In this document: one piece after another, positions 36,670 to 49,099 of the stretch | How the letters are laid out: each line of letters begins with the position of its first letter | How positions within the stretch are numbered: the first letter of the stretch is position 1 | Source of the DNA: Octopus bimaculoides | Lineage: Eukaryota | Reading direction: 5' to 3' | Assembly (NCBI RefSeq): GCF_001194135.2 | Contig: NC_068983.1 | Location: 48,679,007-48,743,006 of the forward strand | Length of the DNA stretch: 64,000 nucleotides | Made by a program: the position numbers and the translations under genes | Notes under the pieces: generated by a model | Databases searched by the model: none | Told to the model about the DNA's origin: nothing | The model's input: only the letters and a program-made list of their open reading frames with translations

Positions 36670-37304
36670 AGGATGAATTTTGAATTCATCACTTTGAGCC
36701 CAAGAAAAATAGACAATTCATGCAGTGGGAACACCCTTCCTCACTTACTCTAAAGAAGACCAGTTCGTTTCATTGCAGGGACAGCCTTTTTTTTTTTTGA
36801 GGATGCAAAAAACATTGTTTTTATTGATTATCTTCAAAAAGGTTACAGCATCAACGGAGAGTACTATGCCAAATTGTTGAGCTAGTTACGAAAGTCTATC
36901 AAGACAAAACGCTCAGGAAAACCGACGGTCTTGCTTCTTCAGAACAGTTGCTTCAGCACACAAGTCCTTGTTTTAATTGATGCTGTGAATGACTGGCTTT
37001 GAACTGATTGATCGTCCCATCTCTTCTCCTGATTTAACTACATCTGATTATCATTTATTCCCTAACATGAAAACAAAAAAACTCGGTTGGGAACCAGTAT
37101 CGTAGTATGTCGTCGTGTGTATTGTTGATTACCTTTTCGACCATAAGGATGAAGATATCTTCACCAATGTGATAGAAGCAATGCAACACCAATGGAAAAA
37201 AATGTGGACCGCAGATGGTAACAATGTTGCAAAACATACCTCATTTAGTCACATGCCATGACAGTATCTTGGTCAACCTATCAACTATTCACTTGTCCTT
37301 CGTA
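36670..37304 (+). mobile_element. Mariner transposase 3' fragment with terminal TIR
   Basis: HHFEP...QFMQWEHP, FIDYLQKGYSINGEYYA, SPDLTTSDYHLFPNM and a QHQWKK-type ending; terminus tattcacttgtccttcgTA. Confidence 0.85.
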
Positions 37305-38155
37305 TTATCAAATACGTCGTATCGTTATTATATATGTCCTCGTAAATCGTCGAATATTTTTTCTTCTTTAAAAAAATGTCGATGTTTGCAAAATGAAAGA
37401 ATTTATTATAGTCGCAGTGCACTACATAACGCTTAAATACAAAAAAAGAAGTCTATATATCTAAGTTCAAAAGGCCATCGGATATATTACACACTACTAG
37501 TTCTTTCAGATTCTTCGCATTATTTCGCTCATATACCGTATAAAGAAAGTTGCATTCAAAAGTTTCTACATACAAAATCGAAGCCAAAAATGAGTTGGAA
37601 CATCTTGTTGAATATAATGATACAAATTTGGAGCAAAAGTTTTTATTTGTAAAATCTAACAGCTTTCTTATTTCTTCGCATTTCATGCGAAAAAAGGAAG
37701 CAAATCACAAGACACGAGAAACAAGACACTTATAGCTGGTTATACTAACTGGTGAGTCTAGAAATGAATCAGACTGGACAATTGATGTCATTAATAACAA
37801 ATGGAAGTTGTGGTGGTGTTTGTGGCTGGCGGGGAGATAAATATTTTTTCTGTTTGTTTTTTTTTAAGCTTTATGTTAGTTGGTAATATAAAATATGTTA
37901 TTTATTGACTTGTTAAATGGATGTCTGCAAAATATCCTCTATGTCACTTATAAAAGGAAACAAAAGCAACAAAAAGAAGCGAAAGTGAATATGAAACCAC
38001 AAACACAAAGATGATTCACAAATTGTAATGGAATACAACAAATATAAACGAAATGATTAATGAATAGCATAGTTTCAGAAATAAGTTCATGAGTTGAGAA
38101 TTTTAATGCCATTACGTGATTAGACTGTTCATCACGTACACACATCCAATGTCAT

Positions 38156-38193
<38 letters not shown>

Positions 38194-38840
38194 AGAAACA
38201 GTGTGGCCATCACATGACCTTACACATACACTGCTACATGGCATATACTTACATGCATGTCATCGTAGACGAACAAAGCACATCAACATATACCGCGTTT
38301 AGTAAAGTGGGTCATGCGCTGAAGAGATTCGCATGTAAATGAGTCACGTGTTACATTTTTTATTCATGTTAGCGGACAGTTGCTGCTTCTGCTATTGCTG
38401 CTACTACTGCAGCTGCTGCTGCTACTACTGGTGATGAGCTCATCCTGTTCCTAACCATGATCATTATAATGTTGACCATCATGATAAGGCTCTTGGGGTA
38501 GTGAAGGAGAATGTATTTATCATTGTCGATGATGATGATGATGAAGATAATGGTAGTGGTTTTAATGGGGGAATCTTCTGTCTTTGTCACTGGCCAGACT
38601 GCAACTGCCCCTGTTGAACTATTTGAATTAATATAATATCTATTCTATATACACCAGTCCATTTTCTATACTCCTACTTCATATATGAGTCCATTTCTTC
38701 TGGCTTCTGCCGCGATTTCATTTACTAAATTTACTCACAACATATTTTCTATCCCGAATTTGTACCAGAAGGCATTCACGCAATGCGTGACGCTGTAGAA
38801 CTGAACACGAAACCCTGTTGCTAAAATAAATGAATAACAT

Positions 38841-38998
38841 AGGCGTAGGAGTGGCTGTGTGGTAAGAAGCTTGCTTCTTAACCACATGGTTTCTGGTGCA
38901 GTCCCACTGCGTGGCACCTTCGGCAGGTGTCTTGTACTATATCCTAAGGCCGACCAAAGTCTTGGGAGTGGATTTGGTAGACGGAAACTGAAAGAAGC

Positions 38999-39086
<88 letters not shown>

Positions 39087-39302
39087 CATATATGTATGTT
39101 TGTTGTTTGTGCCTGTTTGTTGCCCTACTATCATTTGACAACCGATGTTCGTGTGTTTACATCCCCGTCATTTAGTGGATCAGCAAAAAAAAAAACAGAA
39201 TAAGTACTAGACTTAAAAAGAATAAGTCCTGGGTTCGATTTATTCAACTAAAGGTGGTGCTCCAGCATGGCCGCATTCAAATGACTGAAACAAGTGAAAG
39301 AG
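38841..39302 (+). mobile_element. Full-length major-family SINE with (TA)n core
   Basis: aggcgtaggagtggctgtgtggtaag...caaatgactgaaacaagtgaaagag. Confidence 0.92.
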
Positions 39303-40371
39303 TCAAAGCGGTAACCCAAATGACTATACGTGCACCATTACACTAAATCATGAAATTGCGTGTACACATATACAATGTCTATATAAATGTCTATATTAAA
39401 TTTCTTACACATCGCTACGTGCACAAACAGACAAACACAATCCCACACAGACAAGATCGATGTTTATCTTGGTTATTCCGTCCATATTTTAGACGTACCC
39501 AATACCTTCCAATTCACATGATGACTTGGAAACACTTTTGAAAGTCTTAAACAACTTTTATCACACAGTGTTTATGTCGTATAACATTTATATCAATATC
39601 CCAAGTGCAACATATCCATTTGTCTACTTATTACACTAAGATACATTTCTAACCGCAAAATTTCGTCGTGCATTTCTGATTCATGTTTAAATATTTTAGA
39701 ATATTTTAGCAATATATTACGTATGAAGTGTTGATATGACTAGAGCTGGTGCAGTTTGCCGCGCACAATTCACCTAACCATTGAAGACGAAACAATAAAA
39801 CAACAAAATACATCCAGTACCAAGTAGATATCACGATTAAGATAAGCACTATAATACTTTGATTACATATTAGACTCTGGAAAGAAATAAAGATGACTTC
39901 TTGACAATACCTTCATATATTTGTTGTTGCCCACAACTAAATATTTTTTCAAAACCTTTGAAATGAATATTTCATATTTTCTATATATGTTTTTATCTAA
40001 TGTCTATCAAATTTCCCAGTCTTCAGTTACTCTTGACTAAAACAAGGATATGTTGCGCAGATGTATTTGAAAAATGCTTTAATTTGTGTTGATTTTACAA
40101 GTTCTTTCAGTCAATCTATTGGATGACATACCAGTATTTACTTTTAAATTGTTACCTTACAGCATAGGCTTCTCATAAGTTCATTATAAATTAACAACAA
40201 CGAGGTGGGAATAAATTATTAGTTTATAATGCACCCGCAAAATTTGGCCCTTCTCTGTGTGTCCTACGTGTACTTTTTTAGCAATCGTTNNNNNNNNNNN
40301 NNNNNNNNNNNNNNNNNNNNNNNNNNNNNNNNNNNNNNNNNNNNNNNNNNNNNNNNNNNNNNNNNNNNNNN

Positions 40372-40400
<29 letters not shown>

Positions 40401-40402
<2 letters not shown>

Positions 40403-40556
40403 GCGCCCTTTTAAACACTAGCCAGACTTATGGGCCGGGTTTCTATGACGTATTTGTTTTCCCCCCATCTGGACGGGACGCCAGTCCATCGCAGCTTTGC
40501 TCAAGAAACAGGAAGAAAGACTGAAAGAAAGTTGGGGCGAAATAGTACAACAGGGG
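40401..40556 (-). mobile_element. Partial SINE with V-domain-like segment
   Basis: ggacgggacgccagtccatcgcag is shared with 42649-42888; its reverse complement resembles the V-SINE motif gcgatggactggcg.cc.gtcc. Confidence 0.7.
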
Positions 40557-41629
40557 TCTCTTCTATGTCTTTAATTATAATTGTATTTCATACTATTGTA
40601 AATCTGTAAATATGAATTTACCTGAATAGATCTATTTTATATCCTGGCCACTGATAAAACTTTTAACGATTTGTTCTTTTATTATATACATATATAAAAG
40701 TATTAACGTTAATGGATAGGTGTTATATAGCTAATATTATTAAACTGGTGTAAACGAATAGAATAAACATTTACTCTCTCACCTCTCTTATCTGTTCTAC
40801 AAAATTAAAATATGATGCATAATATATTTGTTGTTACAGCGACAGATTAAATCTACATCACCCGAGCTCTGCAAATTGCATAAGCTATTTTCATATAAAA
40901 CGCGTATTCATGCATCATCGTTTCTCATAAAAGTGGACTCCGGAAGTGATCTCGTGGAGCCTCCGATATTGATATATCGGTACTTCCCATCTCATTCCAC
41001 AAATATGTTCCATTTTCACCTGCGTGAAAACTCACTAGCTTCCGTGCTCGTTTACGTTACAGTGTCAATTATTGATCTTCGCAGCTTGAAATATATTCCC
41101 TCTTTATTACATTTTGCTTAGACTCAAAGTATTTCTGTAAATATCGAAGTATTTATATATATTTGAACTTAGATTCCTTTTGAACTATAATAGATAAGTT
41201 TTACGTGTGTGTATTTGTGTGTGTGTATAATAAAAACCAGTCGTAATGATAAGTGATATGTTTATTTAACCACTTGTCACCCGTAGGAGTACGGCCGTTT
41301 CGAAGCCTTCATCATGTAATATTAGTTCCAGTGTATAATAAACCATGTTAACATATCTGCACTAATACGCAAGCTACGAGTTATACAATAGAATTGTATA
41401 TTTGCAAACCAGTGGAGATAAAGAATGCTAGCTCTTCAGATAACCAGAACATCACGATTGAAACAATCCTTCAACGGAAAGTATACATACAATTTTCGTA
41501 TTTATAGATTCCTATATTGTATGTTTCCTGTGATAGCCACACGATTCTATGATATATATATATAATGTGTGTATGTATTACCGCTGATGATGATAATATC
41601 TATATGAATATTAGTTTAAACATTTACTC

Positions 41630-41671
<42 letters not shown>

Positions 41672-42151
41672 CACTGAAGTTGTTCTGAACTAGGCGCAGG
41701 ACAGTTCATAACGCCACGGATTCCAACGAGTCGAGTTTCGATTTTCATACGGTGATGCTTGCTGAGCAGAATTAAGACAGTGGCCAGAATTGGAGATCAT
41801 GATCCAAGTATATCCCATTAACCATTCTGCAGCTTTGAGCTGTGATGATTTGCAAATTCTTATTTGTTTGCCCGACTTCTGTTGATCCGTCGTGTATTTC
41901 AGTGTAATTCGGTGGTTTAGCTGAGGATTTATCTTCTCTTTCGAGCAAGTTAGTGCCTCGTGTGTCCTCTATTCTTCTTCTTCTTCTTCTTCTTATTCTC
42001 TTGGTATTTGACGCTATTATTGCTTGTTACTACCTATATTTTTATTATCAATTATTTATATTTACCATTGATAATAATAGCAATAGTAATATATGAATAT
42101 TCCTATGAATATTTACTCATTTATACACACATATTTACATACACACACACA

Positions 42152-42190
<39 letters not shown>

Positions 42191-42216
42191 ACGCGCGCGC
42201 GCACACGCACACGCAC

Positions 42217-42270
<54 letters not shown>

Positions 42271-42279
42271 GTATATATA

Positions 42280-42640
42280 NNNNNNNNNNNNNNNNNNNNN
42301 NNNNNNNNNNNNNNNNNNNNNNNNNNNNNNNNNNNNNNNNNNNNNNNNNNNNNNNNNNNNNNNNNNNNNNNNNNNNNNNNNNNNNNNNNNNNNNNNNNNN
42401 NNNNNNNNNNNNNNNNNNNNNNNNNNNNNNNNNNNNNNNNNNNNNNNNNNNNNNNNNNNNNNNNNNNNNNNNNNNNNNNNNNNNNNNNNNNNNNNNNNNN
42501 NNNNNNNNNNNNNNNNNNNNNNNNNNNNNNNNNNNNNNNNNNNNNNNNNNNNNNNNNNNNNNNNNNNNNNNNNNNNNNNNNNNNNNNNNNNNNNNNNNNN
42601 NNNNNNNNNNNNNNNNNNNNNNNNNNNNNNNNNNNNNNNN
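42280..42640. other. Assembly gap (largest of eight N runs)
   Basis: Other gaps at about 14547-14556, 33937-34147, 40290-40371, 46460-46519, 55926-56025, 62576-62902 and 63598-63686; all abut (TA)n tracts. Confidence 0.95.
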
Positions 42641-42648
42641 ATATAAAT

Positions 42649-42888
42649 TCGCCCTTTTAAACCGTAGCCAGGCTCATGGGCCCGGTTTCCCGGTTTCAAT
42701 GGCGTATGTGTTCCACAGTTGGACGGGTCGCCAGTCCATCGCAGCGTTACTCATTTTTTGCCAGCTGAATGGACTGAAGCAACGTGAATTGAAGTGTTTT
42801 GCGTTTTGCTCAAGAACACGACGCGTCGCCCGGTTCAGGAATTGAAATCACAACCTTACGATCATGGTGCTAAACCACGCGCCTTCAC
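42649..42888 (-). mobile_element. tRNA-derived SINE with CORE-like and V-domain-like segments
   Basis: Minus strand gtgaaggcgcgtggttt...aattcctgaaccgggcgacgcgtcgtgttcttgagcaaaac...gcgatggactggcgacccgtcc. Confidence 0.85.
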
Positions 42889-44299
42889 TTTATATATGCA
42901 TATAAAGTACAGACTCACTCGCTTCAGGTTTTAATTAATATGTAACAATTGTTTTAAGTGCACATATACTTAAAAGCAATTGTTAGCACGTGAGCAAAAT
43001 TTGCTTTTCTTCCTCTTCATAGACAGTCTAGATTCAAATTTCTGTGAGGAATAAGAACTATGTCGGCAGCATGAAATTCCTTCAGAACTTTTGTTTTTCT
43101 ATTTTCTTTTAGGCGCTACATTCGTATAATTTGACGTAAGTGTTAAATTTCTTATGCTACATTTTAGTGATCATCTTGATCTATATGCGTCTGAGATACT
43201 GGTGATTCTTAATATGGATAAAACTATATAACTGAAAACTGATAGCAAATTAAAATGCATATTATCCAATCACACCCATACGACGAGTGACCTTATCCTT
43301 TTTTATAGCTTATTTCTTAACAAGTCTGAATATATACATAGAAAATAGTATATAATATTATCACTGGATAACGTGACGATATCTCTATATGAAAATGCAT
43401 AGAAAATAGCATAGGAATGTTACAAAAGTGATAGATATCATCGACTTCTCCACAATCACGTGGGAATTGCTTGTCCAGACTTAAAGGTGATTAAATCGAG
43501 CTGTCCGTATATATTAATTAAAGACTGGAGCGAGTGAGTCTGTACTACTACAGATATTTCGATTCTTTCACATCAAATAGAAAAACTATCAAAGTAACAT
43601 TATTTGAAATGTCCTGTCCTGTTTAGTCCATTGAGCTATATAAACGAAGTATAAGAGTAAAGGCATGTTTTCACAAAAAGGGTAAGTGTGAAGTATAATA
43701 CTCTATCGTCGGCTTATTTTTTATTGAAGCACTTTAAATAATGTAACAATTATCAATATGTATATGCGAGTTAAACACCATGAATCTGCATTACTTCGTA
43801 GATATCTTCAATGACGTATTGCGTTTAAAAACAGCTTTTCTCAAAACTAGGCGTAACGAAATCGTCTCGGAAATGAAAGATAATGACACACATATTTTGA
43901 AATCATTTCCTCTCTTCAGTAGCATGCACTCACCCACTACTGAAACGATATGGATCATGCAGAAAAATATGAGTATACAAACGATGTAAAAGATATTTCT
44001 TGATGAACAAATGCGTTGCACAAGCAAAACAGAATTAGAATATTTCATTCGCATAGCTTAACATAACAAATTTGAAATCAAAACACTTTTGAAATGAGAG
44101 GTACTTGCTTACATTCCGTGAATACAGTAGCAGGATAGGCGACAGCAAACTTTGAAGGAAATAGAGTTAATACCTTCAACTGAAAACCGATATAAAATCA
44201 ATGCAGACCTAATTACAAAAGTAGGCGTATTCCTTGAAGGAGCATCGGGATCAATAACTGATCAACGGAGAAGATTGTTCGAAACAACGAACACATCAC

Positions 44300-44990
44300 G
44301 TCAACAGTAGTAGCAGGCCTTAACAATACTGAAAGCAGCCTTGAAGCTTCAAATAAAAATATAACAGTAAGTTCTCAAGATATAAGATCCCAAACTTTTG
44401 GCTAAACTATTGAGTAGGGAAGCATTAGTTTATAATAAAAATGATTAATAAAATACAGAAACACATCAACATATCGGAGAGAGGAACACATTATTAATCC
44501 CCAGGTCTAAAGACACAACATTAATACCTACGAAGCTATAATCTATATGCCTACAGCTTACATGGTCTTAACAACAATAATATTGCCTTGAAGGAATAGA
44601 CATATAACGAGAATAACAACATCTGTTATCTTAAGAGCGAAAAGGCTGATGCTAACGCTTATACGGCTGTAAAGATCTATTACTGAATACAATATTCACC
44701 GAAATCTACGAAGAAAAATAAAGAACTTAGTAATGTAGGGATTAAAAATCAGATGGCTTATTGTCAATGTTGCTCTCATGTGGATATAGGAATTAATAGC
44801 CACAATTTTTTTCAACAGTTATTAGTTATACTTGAAGAGTTATTATGTTACTGTTACAATACACTCAGCTGGACAATAAATGATGCAGCAGATCGATGCA
44901 TAAAATTCAAGGAAAATTAATACATGACAAAACTAAATAACAGCATTACAAATACACCAACGGAAGATTATGTTTAATAAGAACTAGGAA
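44300..44990 (+). mobile_element. Highly decayed RT of an R4/Dong-like non-LTR retrotransposon
   Basis: TLLIPRSKDTT and RLYGCKDLLLN...KNKELS...MAY correspond to T.LIPK..DT..P.NYRPI and GSYGCKDQLLIN...KNLS.AWIDY..AYD. Confidence 0.6.
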
Positions 44991-45011
44991 TACAACCACG
45001 CATATATTTTT

Positions 45012-45056
<45 letters not shown>

Positions 45057-45057
<1 letters not shown>

Positions 45058-45378
45058 GGCGTAGGGGTGGGTGTGTGGTAAGAAGCTTGGGCGTCGAACT
45101 GGCAGAAACGTTAGCACGCCGGGCGAAATACTTAGCGGTATTTCGTCTGCCGCTACGTTCTGAGTTCAAATTCCAACGAGGTCGACTTTGCCTTTCATCC
45201 TTTTAGGGTCGATTAACTAAGTACCAGTTACGCATTGGGGTTGATATAATCGACTTAAACCGTTTGTCTGTCCTTGTTTGTCCCAACCATATGTTTCTGG
45301 GTCCAGACTCCCTGCATAGCACCTTGGCCAACCAAAGCCTTGAATGGATTTGGTAGACGGAAACTGAAAGAATCCCGT

Positions 45379-45433
<55 letters not shown>

Positions 45434-45616
45434 GTATGTGTATGTTTGTATGTCCGTTTATCCTCCACCATAGCATGAAAACCGATGTTGGTGTGTTTAC
45501 GTCCCCATAACAGCGGTTTGGCAGAAAAACCCGTAGAATAAGTCCTGGAGTTGATTCGCTTGACGAAAGGTGGTGCTCCAGCTTGGCTGCAGTCAAATGA
45601 CCAAAACTAGAAAAAA
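45057..45616 (+). mobile_element. Major-family SINE with a second SINE inserted in its head
   Basis: Host 5' end ggcgtaggggtgggtgtgtggtaagaagctt, resuming at cccaaccatatg (about 45282). Confidence 0.85.
45089..45284 (+). mobile_element. Nested SINE (Meta-domain-like family)
   Basis: ggcgtcgaactggcagaaacgttagcacgccgggcg...tgagttcaaattcc...gactttgcctttcatccttttagggtcgattaactaagtaccag. Confidence 0.85.
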
Positions 45617-45869
45617 TTGTGTGTTTATATCAATTCAAATAAATGGAAACTCTAAGAAAGGCATTGAGTGTAATTTGTTATGGGGAAATTTCCCACTGTA
45701 GGCAGATAGATTGAAGCACACCCAGTCAGTCCGCAGCGCGTGCATTTCGTAGTGTTTACATCCTCTCAGCAGCACAGACTGGAAAGGCAGACGCTGCGAA
45801 CTGATACAAGAGAGAATCTTATGATATTCCGGTCATCGTTCTCTTTCCACTATAGGTACAAGGCGGGGC

Positions 45870-46020
45870 ATTTGTGGCTGTTAGTCGATCAGATCAACCC
45901 AATGCTCAGTTGATGTTTATTTTATCGACGCCAAAATGGATGAAAAGAGAATTTGGCCTCGACGGTCTAAATGTAAAGCCGGAAGAAAAGTTAAGCAGTT
46001 TGTGCAGCGCTCATGATTCT
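45870..46020 (-). mobile_element. Degenerate Meta-domain-like SINE
   Basis: ttattttatcgacgccaaaatggatgaaaag...ggcctcgacgg is the reverse complement of the family domain. Confidence 0.55.
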
Positions 46021-46299
46021 GTCAAGTTGGTTGCTTTTCAGCGAAGAGGCAATAATAAGAAACTTATGGACAGATCTAAAAAACTGGGAAACAATGACTC
46101 AAAATTTATGCAAGAAATATTTCAGATTATAAAGGTCTAAACGAGAAAAGTATCAAAATGACAATAACATCAATATGACATTTTAAGAATAAAATAGCAC
46201 GCCGGATGAATAAAAGAGACAGATCTAGCCGTCGTGAACCGGATAAAGTAAATATACCTTCCCCAATACTTAGGGAAATATAAAAATAAAATTTAATAT

Positions 46300-46785
46300 A
46301 GGCGTAGGAGTGGCTGTGTGGTTAGTAACTTGCTTACCAACCACACGGTTCCGGGTTCAGTCCCACTGCGTGGCACCTTGGGCAAGTGTCTTCTACTATA
46401 GCCTCGGGCCGACCAAAGCCTTGTGAGTGGATTTGGTAGACGGAAACTGAAAGAAAATCNNNNNNNNNNNNNNNNNNNNNNNNNNNNNNNNNNNNNNNNN
46501 NNNNNNNNNNNNNNNNNNNATATATATATATATATATATATACATATATATGTATATATGTGTGTGTGTGTATATGTTTGTGTGTCTGTGTTTGACACCC
46601 CAGCATCGCTTGACAACCGATGGTGGTATGTTTACGTCCCCGTAACCTAGCGGTTCGGCTAAAGAGAACGATAGAATAAGTACTAGGCTTACAAACAATA
46701 AGTTCTGGGATCGATTAGCTCGACTAAAAGGCGGTGCTCCAGCATGGCCACAGTCAAATGACTGAAAAAAGTAAAAGAGTAAGAG
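46300..46785 (+). mobile_element. Full-length major-family SINE; internal microsatellite contains an assembly gap
   Basis: Head, central domain and tail all match 38841-39302. Confidence 0.92.
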
Positions 46786-48029
46786 TATACCGCTATAACA
46801 TTAATGAAATTAATACAGATATGACACAAAATCTGAAGAAAAAATGACTTATGAGTGCTACTAACAGGAAAGAGAAAGATTTAGTTGTGGGGAAAAAAAA
46901 ACGTGTAAAGAAGTGTCGCTCGCGACATCACCAATAATTCGGCTCTATGAAAAGCACCAACGATTTTTAAACAATGGCAAAACTCTGTTTTCAACTAAAT
47001 ACGTTTATAAGAATAACAAGTTAAAAATAAATCTCTTTTAATGCACTAAACGCATCAAGAGAAGTAGAATAATTTCGAAGGATAGTGTAGACGGAATGGA
47101 AGTGTAGCACATGAAAACTAATGCGTCAAGATGTAACAGGATATATTACTTAGGTGCAATAAGAACATGGAGACATAGAAAATAAGAGAAATTAATAAAG
47201 CTACAGATTTCTGGTGGAAAATTTTAACAGGCAAAAAGCAGGTTGCTAACACATAATCTTTATCGATCTAGTAAGAGAGACAGAAACAACACCCGATGGA
47301 AAGAAACACTCTAAATACGAATTTAAAGAACCGGAAAATCTTAACGGCTGCGGATATATAAGACGTTTTTCTATATTTACAAAGGTTTAGCCAAGGAAGA
47401 CATATTGTCAAATGGCAAAACGAGACAAAAAGAAAACCCGGATTCAGAAAGCAGGATACATGCCGTAAATATCTTATGTGTGCGTGCATGCATAGTAAAG
47501 AATGTACCATATCGGCGTGTGCATATATGCACACACACATGCAGGCAAAGACAAACAGACAATATATATAATTTGGTGTGTGAATATATGATTTTAACCA
47601 CGTGACCAGTCTCTTGTTTCTGTTATTTCTGCTCCTTCTCTATCATATAATATATACGCCCCAACATCAGATGCTCTTCTGATATTTCCATAGCTGTGTT
47701 TATAGTCATTCTTCTCTATTCCTATTGTTCATATTTCGCTTTATAATTCAACTCCTTTTCAAAAATGTCTTTCGCGTGTTTGGTTTCATATAATATTTGT
47801 ATTTTTGTCACCTCTTTGGATTATCATTTACAAAATTCCATTGAGTGTTACTTATCTTCGTATTTATATATGTAGGTATGTATGCATTTCTCTCTCTCTC
47901 CCTTTCTCTCTCTCCCCCTTTTTTTCTCTCCCATTCTTTCTCTCCCTTTCTTTCTCTCTCTCTCTCTCCCCTTTCTCTCTCCCCGTCCATCTCTTTTCCC
48001 CTCTGTGTGTGTAAATATACATATTCTTT

Positions 48030-48396
48030 TATTCTCTTCTCATTTGCTTGTCATTTGACTGCGGCCATGCCGGAGCACCACATTTAGTCGAACAAATCGA
48101 CCCCAGGACTTATTCTTTGTAAGATCAGTTCTTATTCTATGGGCCCCTTTGCCGCATTGCTAAGTTACGGAGACGTAAACACGTCATAATCAGTTGTCAA
48201 GCGGTGGTGGTGGTGGTGGTGGGAGACACACACACATTTATATATATACGACGGCCTTCTTTCAATTTCCGTCTACCAAATCTATTCACAAGGCTTTGGT
48301 CGACCTGAGGCTGTAAAAGAAGATACTTGCTCAAGGTGCCACGCAGTGGGACTGAACCTAGAACCATGTGGTTGGGAGCAAGCTATATACCACACA
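48030..48396 (-). mobile_element. Major-family SINE
   Basis: tcatttgactgcggccatgc...gtgccacgcagtgggactgaacctagaaccatgtggttgg. Confidence 0.9.
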
Positions 48397-48569
48397 ACAA
48401 AGTCTTTGCCTTAAATAATAAACACTGGCAGCATGCATTGCATCATGGTGTTTTCTCACAGTCGGTGTGCAACTGACTCTACAATACTGTTTAGTCGACA
48501 AAATCAAAAGCAGACAATGCACATGTACGAAATCAAATACATTGCTTTTGATTGGAAGCGGTGTCATCT

Positions 48570-48978
48570 ACATTGTTTTTTTCTTAGTATAAGAGATGGG
48601 CTACAGCAAATATTCCGCTCAATACCACAGATTTGCTTGTCAGGTGCTTGACCCTAAACATGTTCCTTAGTGGCTGACAATATGCGCATCTCTAATCTCA
48701 AGCAGAAGTAGTTTGCGAGCATCATAGCCAAGTGTGGAGTGGAATTCTTTGGGGTTTAGATAATTCACCTCCGGAAACATGGGTGTTTTGTTCATCCTTA
48801 AACAAACCTTATTCAGGGACCTTTTGAGCAGGACGGGTTACTCGACCTACAGAAGATTCTAACTGGGTCTCACCTGCAACGTCATGCGCTGTTTATCCTG
48901 ATATGAATCACATATGGTCGTGATGAATGTGCCAGGTGCACCCTCATCAGACGGGTACCCACGATGGGTATACTGGCC
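48570..48978 (-). mobile_element. Interspersed repeat, probably a retroposon UTR or SINE-like element
   Basis: GC-richer block beginning ggccagtatacccatcgtgggtacccgtctg (minus) that I recall as a common octopus repeat; single copy here, so not verifiable within the window. Confidence 0.45.
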
Positions 48979-49099
48979 TTCCTATTATTTTACCATAGTA
49001 TCACTTTGGTGGAATGCACTGCTCTCTCACTCAATAATAATAATAATAAAAACTACAGATATATTAATAAAACTTACGTTAGGAAACATTCAATTTTAA

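Noticed and set aside
48944-48950. CTGATGA (minus) in the 48.6-49.0 kb repeat
   Set aside because: No GAAA half-core at a compatible position.
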